Source: an uncultured Eubacteriales bacterium (GTDB lineage: Bacteria; Bacillota; Clostridia; Christensenellales; CAG-314). From it: a DNA stretch of 64,000 bases. The stretch covers positions 226,069 to 290,068 of the forward strand of contig URET01000001.1 of NCBI GenBank assembly GCA_900546875.1, written 5' to 3'. Made by a program: the position numbers and the translations under genes. The notes under the pieces were generated by a model, which searched no databases, was not told the origin of the DNA, and saw nothing but the letters and a program-made list of their open reading frames with translations. Positions 17,869 through 27,352 of this stretch are shown here, one piece after another. Numbering within the stretch: the stretch's first letter is position 1; every line of letters starts with the position of its first letter.

Positions 17869-19104
17869 TTATATTATCCAATCTCCGTCGGCAAAAAGCT
17901 GCACTTCGGTACCGTCGTGTCTTATACCGAATATTTCAGTCTTTTTGGTCCCGAACATGAAATCAACATGATTCAGACTTATATTGAGCCCTGCTTTATC
18001 CTTCTCTTCAGGAGTCATATCGTTTCCTCCCTTTATCGTTGTCGGATAAGCATTGCCTATGGCAAGATGACAGCTTGCATTCTCGTCATAAAGCGTATTA
18101 TAGAAAAGTATATTCTGCAGCGCTATAGGTGAATTCTTTCCGATAAGGGCTATTTCTCCTATATGCAAACTGCCTTCGTCCGTTTCCATTATATGTGTAA
18201 GAGTGTCGTTTCCTACTTCCGCATGATAATCCACTACTTTTCCGTCTTTGAAAGTAAGATAAAATTTATCTATCATATTCCCCGTCTTGCACAAAGGCAT
18301 TGCGGAATATACCGTTCCTTCCACCTTATACTTATGAGGCGCAGTAAACACTTCTTCCGTGGGCATATTTGCGGTAAAATCGAGTCCGTCCTGAGCCTTT
18401 TCGCCTGCTGCAAGCCATATATGGTTCTCTACAAGCCCTACTTTTATATCGGTCCCGAGTTCGTTCTTTACCCTTATATATTCAAAATTATTATCGTTGA
18501 GGAATTTTGCTCTTTCAGAAAGCTTTGCAATGTGGTCTTTCCATGCCTGTACCGGATCGGGTTCGTTCAGACGCATCGCTTTGATTATAGCGTCCCACAT
18601 ACGATCTATTGCCTCTTTATCTGACTTCGCCTCAGGAAAAATCGTCTTTGCCCAAGCAACCGTAGGAGTGCAAACTATCGTCCAACGGCAAAGATTGCTG
18701 CTTCTTGCGTCCATTGAAAAACGAAGATTCTTTATCCTGGTTTTTGTACTTAAATCTACCTTCTTGGAATCTATGCCTTCATACAGTTTAGGATCGGAAG
18801 AGTTTATAAACAAAAATGCAACTCTTTTTTCAACCTGATACTTGGCCTCTTCCACAAGATAATCCGGAAATTCCTGCACGGTTTCAAGACTCTGATATTC
18901 CATAGCCTTCCTGCTTACAAAATCATCTGTCCATTTCACCCATACTTTCTTCGCGCCGGCTTTATAAGCTTCCTCTACAGTATAACGAGCAAATTCTGCG
19001 CTGTCTACCGGAGCGGTTATAACCACTTCCTGACCGGGCTGTACGTTTATGCCCATCTTCACCGCTAATTCGGCATACTTTTTTAATTGTTCCTGAGTTA
19101 TCAT
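17869..19104 (-). CDS. M29-family aminopeptidase (AmpS/PepS-like)
   Basis: MITQEQLKKYAELAVKMGINVQPGQEVVI N-terminus and 411 aa, typical of thermophilic-metalloprotease M29. Confidence 0.85.
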   Translation of the reverse strand: MITQEQLKKYAELAVKMGINVQPGQEVVITAPVDSAEFARYTVEEAYKAGAKKVWVKWTDDFVSRKAMEYQSLETVQEFPDYLVEEAKYQVEKRVAFLFINSSDPKLYEGIDSKKVDLSTKTRIKNLRFSMDARSSNLCRWTIVCTPTVAWAKTIFPEAKSDKEAIDRMWDAIIKAMRLNEPDPVQAWKDHIAKLSERAKFLNDNNFEYIRVKNELGTDIKVGLVENHIWLAAGEKAQDGLDFTANMPTEEVFTAPHKYKVEGTVYSAMPLCKTGNMIDKFYLTFKDGKVVDYHAEVGNDTLTHIMETDEGSLHIGEIALIGKNSPIALQNILFYNTLYDENASCHLAIGNAYPTTIKGGNDMTPEEKDKAGLNISLNHVDFMFGTKKTEIFGIRHDGTEVQLFADGDWII

Positions 19105-19122
19105 TCTATAACTATACCTCCG

Positions 19123-20523
19123 TTAATTCTTTTCGTACTTCAATACCGGCTTACGTGCCGCTTTTACCTCGTCTACCCTTCCTATACAAGTTTTTTCCGG
19201 AGCGGCATGTAATTTCTCCGGGTGTTGTTTTGCTTCGGAAATTATATCTTCCATTACTGCAGCACAATTGTCGAGAGTTTCTTTGCTTTCTGTTTCGGTA
19301 GGCTCAAACATCAACGCCTCATGTACAATTAGCGGAAAATACATTGTCGGAGGATGTATGCCGTTATCCAGCATCGTCTTGGCTACATCCAAAGCCGATA
19401 CACCCGTTTCATGTTTCAATTCCTCCAAGGTAACGACAAATTCGTGCATGCATATCCTTTCATACGCACTTTTATAGCTCTTCATCAACGCCTTCAAATA
19501 ATTCGCGTTTAAAACGGCTTTCTCGGATGCGTCTCTCAAACCGTCGCCGCCCAAGGTCTTTATATATGCGTAGGCTTTCACCATCACCCCGAAATTACCA
19601 TAAAATGACCTTACTCTGCCTATACTCTCAGTATTGTCTTTGTCTATCCTGACTGGCAAATATCTCTCAAGAAAACTCTTGCAGCCTACCGGCCCCGACC
19701 CGGGACCGCCTCCGCCGTGCGGCGTGGAAAACGTCTTATGCAAATTAAGATGTATTACATCAAATCCCATATCGCCCGGACGGCATATCCCCATTATCGC
19801 ATTCAGATTGGCTCCGTCATAATAATTCAATCCGCCGGCATTATGTACAATCTCGGTTATCTTCAGTATATTCTTGTCAAACAATCCCAACGTATTTGGA
19901 TTGGTAAGCATCAGACCTGCAGTGTCTTCTCCCACAAGCTCCGCCAATTTCTCTATATCCACTCCGCCTTCAGCATTGCTCGGTATGCTGACCACCGTAA
20001 ATCCGCACATGTTCGCACTTGCCGGATTTGTACCGTGCGCGCTGTCGGGAACCAATATCTTGTTCCTTTTCAAATCGTTCCTGCGTTCATGATACGTTTT
20101 GATAAGCTGTATGCCCGTAAACTCACCGTGTGCTCCCGCAGCAGGCTGCAATGTGAAACTGTCCATACCCGTTATCTCGCATAACGAATCAGACAACTCC
20201 TCCATAAGCCTTATACACCCCTCTGCCGTTTCTTTCGGCTGAAGCGGATGTATTCCGGTAAACCCTTCAAGCGCAGCCGCCTGTTCATTTACCTTCGGAT
20301 TGTACTTCATCGTGCAGCTTCCCAACGGATAAAATCCATTGTCTACTCCGTAAGCATTCCTGCTGAGTTCCGTATAATGCCTGACAAGATCCACTTCCGC
20401 TATCTCCGGCAATTCCGCTTTTTCTGTTCTGGAAAAATATTCGCTGCCGTATTCCTCTATCGCACACTCCGGAATTTCCACTCCTCTGCGGCCCTTTTTC
20501 GAACGTTCAAATATCAGCTTCAT
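19123..20523 (-). CDS. gcvPB: Glycine dehydrogenase (aminomethyl-transferring) subunit 2
   Basis: PLP-lysine region [16 protein letters not shown]; 466 aa. The ATG overlaps the gcvPA stop (TAATG). Confidence 0.93.
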   Translation of the reverse strand: MKLIFERSKKGRRGVEIPECAIEEYGSEYFSRTEKAELPEIAEVDLVRHYTELSRNAYGVDNGFYPLGSCTMKYNPKVNEQAAALEGFTGIHPLQPKETAEGCIRLMEELSDSLCEITGMDSFTLQPAAGAHGEFTGIQLIKTYHERRNDLKRNKILVPDSAHGTNPASANMCGFTVVSIPSNAEGGVDIEKLAELVGEDTAGLMLTNPNTLGLFDKNILKITEIVHNAGGLNYYDGANLNAIMGICRPGDMGFDVIHLNLHKTFSTPHGGGGPGSGPVGCKSFLERYLPVRIDKDNTESIGRVRSFYGNFGVMVKAYAYIKTLGGDGLRDASEKAVLNANYLKALMKSYKSAYERICMHEFVVTLEELKHETGVSALDVAKTMLDNGIHPPTMYFPLIVHEALMFEPTETESKETLDNCAAVMEDIISEAKQHPEKLHAAPEKTCIGRVDEVKAARKPVLKYEKN

Positions 20524-21830
20524 TATCGTACACCTCCCGCAATGGCGATAACTTTATCAAGCTCTTTTACTGCAGGTTTCTCGGTCACGCACCAAAGCAT
20601 CTTTCCGTCTTCCGTCTTTAATCCTCCGAGAATGCCTTCAGCCTGCAGCGCCGCATTTATATCGTCGGGTGAAGCGTCACTTTCCGTAACAAACTCATGG
20701 AAAAATTCGCCCTTATATACGCGTCTGAATCTGCCCGTATTCTCAAGCCCCTTTAAAAGATAGTGCGCCTTCGTTGCGCATTGTTTCGCCACATTCTTAA
20801 ATTCGCTCCCCATAGCGGACAGATATATCGTCGCAGTTAATGCACATAACGCTTCGTTGCTGCATACGCTGCTCGTAGCTTTTTCCCTTCTGATGTGCTG
20901 CTCCCTTGCCTGCATGGTGAGAACATACGCTCTTCTTCCTTCATGATCGGTCGTTTCTCCGACTATACGCCCAGGCAAACGTCTTATCATTTCATTTTTG
21001 CACGTCATTATACCGAGATATGGACCGCCGAAATTCATAGGTATCCCGAGAGGCTGTCCTTCTCCTACAGCTATATCCGCTCCGCTCTCTGCAGGCGTTT
21101 TAAGAAGCATCGCTGCCACAGGATTGAATATGTAAACAAACCTTGCCTTTACGCTGCCGGCAAGCGCTGCCACTCTCTCGCTGTCTTCGATAAGTCCGTA
21201 ATAATTCGGACTCTGAGAAAATACCGCCGCGTAGGTTTCATCTATTTTCTGTCCGGCTTTTTCAAAGTCTATGAGCCCTTCTTTGTCGCCCACGCACTCA
21301 ACTTCTATCCCCGATGCATGCGCATATGTCTTTATCGTCTCTATATACATCGGATTTATTGCGCCGAGAAGCATTACCTTCTTTTTCTTGTCGCAACACA
21401 TCGTCATCGCTTCTGCAGCCGCCGATGCTCCGTCATACACAGACGCGTTAGATACATCCATACCCGTAAGCCGGCACATCAGAGTCTGATATTCGAAAAT
21501 GCTCTGCAGTACGCCCTGCGATATCTCCGCCTGATACGGCGTATAAGCTGTAAGAAATTCTCCGCGCGATACCAAAGAGGTCACCACCGGAGGTATATAA
21601 TGATCATATGCCCCCGCTCCGCGCAATACAACATAAAACCGTTTATTCATACTGGCAAGCTTCTTCATATATTCCATTACGGAAAATTGACTCAGGCCGC
21701 CGTCCATATTTAAACTTTTCAGTCTTATATTTCCCGGCACGTCTTCAAAAAGCTCGTCTATATTCTCCTTTCCGAGTACCGACAGCATTTCACTAACATC
21801 ATTCTCCGTATGAGGAGTGTACTTTGCCAT
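20523..21830 (-). CDS. gcvPA: Glycine dehydrogenase (aminomethyl-transferring) subunit 1
   Basis: [12 protein letters not shown]-like [27 protein letters not shown]; 435 aa. Confidence 0.93.
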   Translation of the reverse strand: MAKYTPHTENDVSEMLSVLGKENIDELFEDVPGNIRLKSLNMDGGLSQFSVMEYMKKLASMNKRFYVVLRGAGAYDHYIPPVVTSLVSRGEFLTAYTPYQAEISQGVLQSIFEYQTLMCRLTGMDVSNASVYDGASAAAEAMTMCCDKKKKVMLLGAINPMYIETIKTYAHASGIEVECVGDKEGLIDFEKAGQKIDETYAAVFSQSPNYYGLIEDSERVAALAGSVKARFVYIFNPVAAMLLKTPAESGADIAVGEGQPLGIPMNFGGPYLGIMTCKNEMIRRLPGRIVGETTDHEGRRAYVLTMQAREQHIRREKATSSVCSNEALCALTATIYLSAMGSEFKNVAKQCATKAHYLLKGLENTGRFRRVYKGEFFHEFVTESDASPDDINAALQAEGILGGLKTEDGKMLWCVTEKPAVKELDKVIAIAGGVR

Positions 21831-21836
21831 AAGCCT

Positions 21837-22190
21837 TTACTCCTTTATGAATTCCTTATATTCTTCTTCTGTCATCAGCTCGTCGCTTACTTCGGAAACT
21901 TCAACTTCGATTATCCATGCACCATACGGATCTTCATTGATTTTCTCAGGCGCCGTATCCAATTCATCGTTAACGTTTATTATCACCCCGCTTACCGGGC
22001 TCAGTACTTCACTGACTGCTTTTACCGATTCTACGTCTGTAAAAGCCTTCCCTATCGTTACGGGCGTATCAAGCTCGGGCAGATTTATATATACTATATC
22101 GCCAAGCTCGCTCTGCGCATGATCGGAAAGTCCTACCTTTGCTTTGTTCCCTTCAATTTTTACCCATTCATGTGTCTTTGCAAATTTCAT
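21837..22190 (-). CDS. gcvH: Glycine cleavage system H protein
   Basis: THEWVK and the lipoyl-lysine motif VESVKAVSEV; 117 aa. Confidence 0.93.
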   Translation of the reverse strand: MKFAKTHEWVKIEGNKAKVGLSDHAQSELGDIVYINLPELDTPVTIGKAFTDVESVKAVSEVLSPVSGVIINVNDELDTAPEKINEDPYGAWIIEVEVSEVSDELMTEEEYKEFIKE

Positions 22191-22209
22191 TTTTTACCAC
22201 CTCTCTGTT

Positions 22210-23280
22210 TTAGTAATTCTTTTTATAAAACGGCATCTTGACGATCTCTGCCTTAAGCCTTCTTCCCCTTACGTCGATCTCTACTGTCTCGCCGTCAAAA
22301 TCCTTGTTTATTCTTACCATGGCAAGCGCACAGCCTAATGTGGGAGACATCGTTCCGGTCGTAACAAATCCTATTTCCTTATCCCCGTCATACACCTTGC
22401 AGCCTTCCCTCGCTATTCCTTTATCCGTTATTTTTACGCCTTTCCTCTTCATCACGGGAGGGTTGCTCTCAAGCGCGCTCTTGCCGATAAAATTCGTTTT
22501 GTCCATCTTCACGAACATGCCCAACGCCACTTCATTCGCCCTGTAATCTTCTGCAAGTTCATGTCCGTAAAGAGGCAATGCCGCTTCAAATCTCAATGTG
22601 TCCCTGCATCCTAACCCGCAGCACATCAATCCGACTTCCTTCCCCGCTTCGAATACCGCCTCGAATACCTCGGCAATATCCTTGCTGTCCGTATATACTT
22701 CAAATCCATCCTCCCCGGTATAACCCGTCCACGATACGAGCGCCGGCTTCCCGGCTACTTTGCACTCCAAAAAAGTATAAAATTTATCAGGCAATCTTTC
22801 GGAAATCTTCTCCATAACCTTCCTGGCGTTCCTTCCCTGCACGGCTATCTGTCCGACTTTATCCGAAATATTTTTAAATGTACATTCTCCGGTCAGATGC
22901 TTCTCTACCCATGCCGCATCCTTTTCACAATTGGACGCGTTGACCACAAGCAAAAATTTTTCCCCGCTCATGCGATACACCAGCAAATCATCTACAACGC
23001 CTCCATGTTCGTTCAGCATCAAAGTATATTTCACCTGTCCGTCCGCAAGTGTTGACGTATCCGCAGATACAAGATTATATACGCACGACGCGGCGTCTTT
23101 CCCTTCAATTAAGAATTCTCCCATGTGAGACACATCAAACATGCCTACATTTGTCCTCACCGCATTGTGCTCGGCTATTATGCCGCTCTGATATTGCACG
23201 GGCAAAAAGTACCCGGCAAATTCAACCATTTTGCCGCCGTGGGCAACATGATTTTCATATAAAGGCGTTTTCTTGATCAT
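22210..23280 (-). CDS. gcvT: Aminomethyltransferase (glycine cleavage T protein)
   Basis: KKTPLYENHVAHGGKMVEFAGY..PVQY, MFDVSHMGE; 356 aa. GGAGAG RBS. Confidence 0.93.
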   Translation of the reverse strand: MIKKTPLYENHVAHGGKMVEFAGYFLPVQYQSGIIAEHNAVRTNVGMFDVSHMGEFLIEGKDAASCVYNLVSADTSTLADGQVKYTLMLNEHGGVVDDLLVYRMSGEKFLLVVNASNCEKDAAWVEKHLTGECTFKNISDKVGQIAVQGRNARKVMEKISERLPDKFYTFLECKVAGKPALVSWTGYTGEDGFEVYTDSKDIAEVFEAVFEAGKEVGLMCCGLGCRDTLRFEAALPLYGHELAEDYRANEVALGMFVKMDKTNFIGKSALESNPPVMKRKGVKITDKGIAREGCKVYDGDKEIGFVTTGTMSPTLGCALAMVRINKDFDGETVEIDVRGRRLKAEIVKMPFYKKNY

Positions 23281-23333
23281 AATATATCTCTCCGTTTTTG
23301 TTTTTTAGGCAACTAAATACCATTACGAATACT

Positions 23334-23362
23334 ATTTTAACTTCTTGTTCCCTCTTTGTCAA
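23334..23362 (-). promoter_or_regulatory. Consensus-like promoter of the gcvT operon
   Basis: Minus strand TTGACA (23357-23362), 17 nt, TAAAAT (23334-23339). Only about 50 nt of leader precede the ATG. Confidence 0.6.
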
Positions 23363-23415
23363 TCGTATTTGTAAAACCCTCCTCAAAATATTACTGCAAG
23401 ACTTTATCACGCTAC

Positions 23416-23459
23416 AAAAAAGCAAAAAAATACAGGCCCCGGACTTCTCCGGGACCTGT
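23416..23459 (-). terminator. Rho-independent terminator after the PLC-like gene
   Basis: Minus strand ACAGGTCCCGGA-gaag-TCCGGGGCCTGT (12 bp, one G-U) followed by ATTTTTTTGCTTTTTTG. Confidence 0.75.
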
Positions 23460-23470
23460 CTTGCTGGTCG

Positions 23471-23518
23471 CTCATAACTTTTTATTATATTCTACTCATA
23501 ACTTTTTATTATATTCTA
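23471..23518. repeat. Perfect 24-bp tandem duplication (2 copies) spanning the stop codon of the PLC-like gene
   Basis: ctcataactttttattatattcta occurs at 23471-23494 and again at 23495-23518. The second copy encodes the last residues EYNKKL plus TGA. Confidence 0.95.
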
Positions 23519-24614
23519 TTATGGCGTCGTTGACTATGTTATTGAAATATCCTGCGGAAGAATTACAATAATCTACCATAAATACCGGCATTACCTCGAA
23601 CCATTGATTGAAAAACTCGTTTTCGACTAGTATGCTATTGAAATTCTCGGCAAGCTTGAGCAGAGACCACCCCGCTATACTTGACAAAATATCCGTTGAC
23701 TGAAACGTTTTCTGTGCCTGATTGACCCTTATTTTATCCCTGTCCAGCGTGGGGTTAGTCGCAAGAACTTCGTATTCCGACATAATACCGTTTATCATAT
23801 CCTCATCGCTGATACAGTTATGCCAAACGGAACGGATCGAATCACTGCGTTTATAATGATAATGATTAGCTTCGGTGACTTGTGCCGGGCAAAGTATGAC
23901 AACGCCTCCTTTCTCTCCGTTGAGCGTGACCTGACCGTATGTCAACTCTCCAATCGGAATCTCTGTCGGACTGTAATGGATATAATCAAGCAGACTCTTT
24001 CCTCTCCCGCTTTCCACTGCGTATTTTACGTTCCCGATATACTCGAACAGCTCTTTATAATTCGATGACCCTACATATACATCCTGTATATCAAAAATAA
24101 TGAATTCACCCGGATGATCCTTCAGAAAAACAAGTATTTCAATTAAATACGCACCCAGCAGATCACTTATATAGCCGTGTCTTGTATACCATGACCCGTT
24201 GTAATACGATATCCTTACGTCAAAATATCTCACCCCGGCATTTAAAAGCACTCCGGCTCCGCTCCTTTGCGCTTTCGAATACCTTACGGCAAAACCTTTT
24301 GCGAATGTATTCACGAATCCATTGGAAACCAACCCGCCGTTCTCACTCGGATCGACTGCGCTTTTTCCGTCTATTTTATCGCTGAAAGCATCATGTGCTC
24401 CGAGCATGGCTATATCTGCGATCCGCACGTCGTCTTCTATCTGACTTCTTGAAAACAAATCACCGTAAAAATCACTGGAAACCTTTCCTACTCCATCTCC
24501 ATACGATAACCCTATTATTAAAAAAGAAATTATAAAAACCACAAGCAATGATACCAATACTATCAGACAGATAGTTATGACTCTAAGCTTCGAAGACATT
24601 TCACTAAAACCCAT
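23496..24614 (-). CDS. Membrane-anchored PI-PLC X-domain-like phosphodiesterase
   Basis: N-terminal TM LRVITICLIVLVSLLVVFIISFLIIGL. LGAHDAFS and RYFDVRI resemble the catalytic His regions of PLC-like phosphodiesterases. Confidence 0.5.
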   Translation of the reverse strand: MGFSEMSSKLRVITICLIVLVSLLVVFIISFLIIGLSYGDGVGKVSSDFYGDLFSRSQIEDDVRIADIAMLGAHDAFSDKIDGKSAVDPSENGGLVSNGFVNTFAKGFAVRYSKAQRSGAGVLLNAGVRYFDVRISYYNGSWYTRHGYISDLLGAYLIEILVFLKDHPGEFIIFDIQDVYVGSSNYKELFEYIGNVKYAVESGRGKSLLDYIHYSPTEIPIGELTYGQVTLNGEKGGVVILCPAQVTEANHYHYKRSDSIRSVWHNCISDEDMINGIMSEYEVLATNPTLDRDKIRVNQAQKTFQSTDILSSIAGWSLLKLAENFNSILVENEFFNQWFEVMPVFMVDYCNSSAGYFNNIVNDAIIEYNKKL

Positions 24615-24637
24615 AAATCCAAATTCCTTTTTTCCCG

Positions 24638-24666
24638 ATTATATCATAAACAAATTTAAAAATCAA
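24638..24666 (-). promoter_or_regulatory. Promoter of the PLC-like gene
   Basis: Minus strand TTGATT (24661-24666), 17 nt, TATAAT (24638-24643). Confidence 0.55.
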
Positions 24667-24674
24667 CCTCGGTG

Positions 24675-24703
24675 TTGACAGTTTTGATTTTTCGTTATAT
24701 AAT
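24675..24703 (+). promoter_or_regulatory. Consensus promoter of the P-II-like gene (divergent from the PLC promoter)
   Basis: TTGACA (24675-24680), 17 nt, TATAAT (24698-24703). Confidence 0.65.
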
Positions 24704-24738
24704 AAAAAAAACACCCTTGTCACGTTATGGAGGTAAAT

Positions 24739-25053
24739 ATGAAAAACCACCTTATCATCGCGATACTGAATCAGGGCGAAGGCGTTCATGCCATGGCTAT
24801 GGCTAAAGACGCCGGAGCCGGAGGCGGAACTTTACTTTCCGCCAGAGGCACGGGCAGCAGTGAAATGGTAATGTTTTTAGGCGTAACCATCACCCCCGAA
24901 AAAGATATGCTTATGACTGTCGTGGAAGATGACATACTCGAAGCGGTGTCAAACGCCATTTTCCGCTCGGCTCAGCTCGAGAAAAAAGGTAACGGTATAA
25001 TTTTTACCTGTCCGGTAGAAATTTATTCTCCGCCGAAGCCTTCCGATAACTGA
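24739..25053 (+). CDS. P-II (GlnB)-like small signalling protein
   Basis: About 104 aa with beta-alpha-beta x2 spacing and a C-terminal GNGIIFTCPVE resembling GDGKIFV.PVE of P-II. ATG 24739 follows GGAGG (ORF-track start 24727 is less likely). Confidence 0.6.
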   Translation: MKNHLIIAILNQGEGVHAMAMAKDAGAGGGTLLSARGTGSSEMVMFLGVTITPEKDMLMTVVEDDILEAVSNAIFRSAQLEKKGNGIIFTCPVEIYSPPKPSDN

Positions 25054-25142
25054 CACCTGAAATTATTCAGATTTTTTTACTAAGGGCACAGTTGCCCTCT
25101 TACTCTTCTGCATTCAAATATTTTTTATAAAGAGGTATTCAG

Positions 25143-26276
25143 ATGAAAAAAACTGTTATGGAAAAGCTCGGAGTTTCTCCCTCTCTTCTGGGTTTCGGAT
25201 GTATGCGCTTTCCTGAAACGCCCGAAGGAAAAATCGACAGGGAAAAGGCAACTCCTATGCTCGAAGCCGCTTATGACGCCGGCGTAACCTATTTCGACAC
25301 CGCATATGTATACCACAACGGAGAAAGCGAAGCTTTTTTGGGCGACGTGCTGAGCAAAAAACCGCGATCATCTTATTTTATCGCAACTAAACTGCCTGTC
25401 AGCTGGATCGAAAAAGAGGAAGATGTACTCAGAATTTTCAACGAACAGCTCTTCAGACTCAAAACCGACCATATCGATTTTTATCTTCTCCATGCCGTAA
25501 ACGGCAATAACTGGAAAGAAAAAATTCTGAAATTCAATATCATCGAAAAATGCGTCAGACTCAAACAAGAAGGAAAAATACGTTTCCTCGGTTTCTCCTT
25601 CCATGATAAATACGAAGTTTTCAGATCCATCCTTACATACCGCGACTGGGATTTCTGTCAAATCCAATACAACTATATGGACATCGACCTGCAGGCGGGA
25701 GATAAAGGCTATCGCCTCACTGAAAAACTCGGCGTACCGCTTGTCGTAATGGAACCCGTTAAAGGCGGCTCCCTCGCAAACCTTCCCTCAGACGCCTCGC
25801 GTCCTTTCCGTGAGCTCCGCCCCGATGACAGCGACGCAAAATGGGCTCTCCGCTGGGTCGCAAACCACGATAACGTCAAAGTGATACTCTCCGGCATGTC
25901 CACCATTGAACAGGTCAGGGAAAATCTCAAAACGTTTTCAGAATTCAAACCTATGTGCAACAGGCAAAAACATGCCGTTAAGCTTGTAAGAGAAGCTCTT
26001 CGCGCACGCGTTAAAAACGGCTGCACCGGATGTTCCTACTGTATGCCGTGTCCATCGGGAGTAAATATCCCCGGCATTTTCCGCACATGGAACAATTTCG
26101 GAATATACGGTAATGTCAAAGATACCGTGAACCGCCGCAATGAACTTAAATCGAAAAATACTTATTCGGATAAATGCGTGGCTTGCGGCAGATGCGAAAA
26201 GCTTTGTCCTCAGCATATAAATATAATAGAGTCTTTGCAAACCGCCAAAAACGAATTAGACTCTCTTGACCAATGA
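25143..26276 (+). CDS. Aldo/keto reductase fused to a C-terminal 4Fe-4S ferredoxin-type domain
   Basis: AKR N-terminus LGFGCMRFP...YFDTAYVYHNGESE. C-terminal Cys clusters CTGCSYCMPCPSGVNIP and CVACGRCEKLCPQHINI. Confidence 0.8.
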   Translation: MKKTVMEKLGVSPSLLGFGCMRFPETPEGKIDREKATPMLEAAYDAGVTYFDTAYVYHNGESEAFLGDVLSKKPRSSYFIATKLPVSWIEKEEDVLRIFNEQLFRLKTDHIDFYLLHAVNGNNWKEKILKFNIIEKCVRLKQEGKIRFLGFSFHDKYEVFRSILTYRDWDFCQIQYNYMDIDLQAGDKGYRLTEKLGVPLVVMEPVKGGSLANLPSDASRPFRELRPDDSDAKWALRWVANHDNVKVILSGMSTIEQVRENLKTFSEFKPMCNRQKHAVKLVREALRARVKNGCTGCSYCMPCPSGVNIPGIFRTWNNFGIYGNVKDTVNRRNELKSKNTYSDKCVACGRCEKLCPQHINIIESLQTAKNELDSLDQ

Positions 26277-26315
26277 AAAACGGGCAGTCAAAGCCGCCCG
26301 CCTCCAAAAAATCGT

Positions 26316-26352
26316 AAGACTGTTTTCCCGTACAGGAAGACAGTCTTTTTTT
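26316..26352. terminator. Bidirectional rho-independent terminator between the convergent AKR and NUDIX genes
   Basis: AAGACTGTTTTCC-cgtaca-GGAAGACAGTCTT (13 bp, one G-U), followed by T7 on the plus strand and preceded by A6. Confidence 0.75.
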
Positions 26353-26387
26353 GCCGCTGTTTCGGCAAAGCCGTAAAACGATGATAC

Positions 26388-26879
26388 TTACTTCTGCATA
26401 TTCAGTTCTTTTATGTATTTCTTCATCCTGTCAGTAAGAAGCGCTCCCTCTTTATCGATTTCGCGTAACTCCCCTGCACTTACCCACTTATACGATATCG
26501 TTTCGCCTTCCTGAAGTATTATTTGCTCTTTGTCGCAATTTGTCTCATATAAGAACTCCACATATACGGCATCCTCTCCTATACATCTTCCGACTTCCGA
26601 AAGCTTGTCTGCCCGAAGACCCGTTTCTTCCCTTAGCTCCCTGACTGCGCACTGAAACGGATCCTCTCCCGATAATGCAGAACCTCCGGCTGAGGCTTCC
26701 CACATACCGCCGTGCTTTTTTCTGAAATCACGCTTTATAAGCAGGTATGTTCCGTCTATATGCTTCACAATAACATCGCATACAAGATGATATACCCCTT
26801 TGGGAACAGGCTCCCCCCTTATAAGTTTCTTACCCGGTATTTTCCGGAAATCAACGTCGTATGCGTCCCATACTTCCAT
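26388..26879 (-). CDS. NUDIX hydrolase
   Basis: Nudix box GGSALSGEDPFQCAVRELREETGL. ATG 26877-26879 with GAGGT RBS is the likely start. The ORF-track 5' extension to 27098 starts at GTG and looks non-coding. Confidence 0.8.
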   Translation of the reverse strand: MEVWDAYDVDFRKIPGKKLIRGEPVPKGVYHLVCDVIVKHIDGTYLLIKRDFRKKHGGMWEASAGGSALSGEDPFQCAVRELREETGLRADKLSEVGRCIGEDAVYVEFLYETNCDKEQIILQEGETISYKWVSAGELREIDKEGALLTDRMKKYIKELNMQK

Positions 26880-27177
26880 TATCTTTACCTCACTGCTGTC
26901 GCATATCCGATCATGTTCAGCACCGATCAGGCTCCCCGCGGATTTTGTGATCTCGCTTCCGGTTTTGCCGGGATAGTTCATCAACTGTATACAAAACTGT
27001 CTGGGCGGAAGCAAACCGCCTTCCGCCGCATTGATACATGATATAATATCGAAATATTCCGCTTTCGTATCCGTTAAACTTATCTTGCATCCGCACACAC
27101 CGTGAGCAAACTTAAATTATCGGACAACCGAAAATCCTGCTGTTTGACCGGTCGTACAGATCGACTGAAAATTCCGA

Positions 27178-27215
27178 CAGCCGTGCGGAAAAATACAATT
27201 CCGCAATTTCGGCTG
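27178..27215 (-). terminator. Nested stem-loop, candidate terminator of the CoA-transferase gene
   Basis: Inner stem TGCGGAA/TTCCGCA (27184-27190 / 27199-27205) and outer stem CAGCCG/CGGCTG (27178-27183 / 27210-27215). A short T4 run follows on either strand. It lies 138 nt from stop 27353. Confidence 0.4.
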
Positions 27216-27352
27216 CTGTTTTATCCACGAAAAATCAATATAAACCGCCGGAATTTACTTCCGCGTGAGATACTTTCTTACACCTGTATCCCGCTGACCC
27301 TCTTCACCGGCCGACGCCTATAAAACGGCTTACATAACTCAGACACTCACCT

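Noticed and set aside
23281-23495. Looked for a glycine riboswitch upstream of gcvT.
   Set aside because: No aptamer-like consensus is visible. The region is explained by a terminator hairpin, a 24-bp duplication and a promoter with a short leader. An Infernal scan would be decisive.
23471-23518. Considered whether the 24-bp direct repeat is a mini CRISPR array or an att site.
   Set aside because: There are only two abutting copies with no spacer, no cas or integrase genes are nearby, and it simply duplicates the gene's 3' end.
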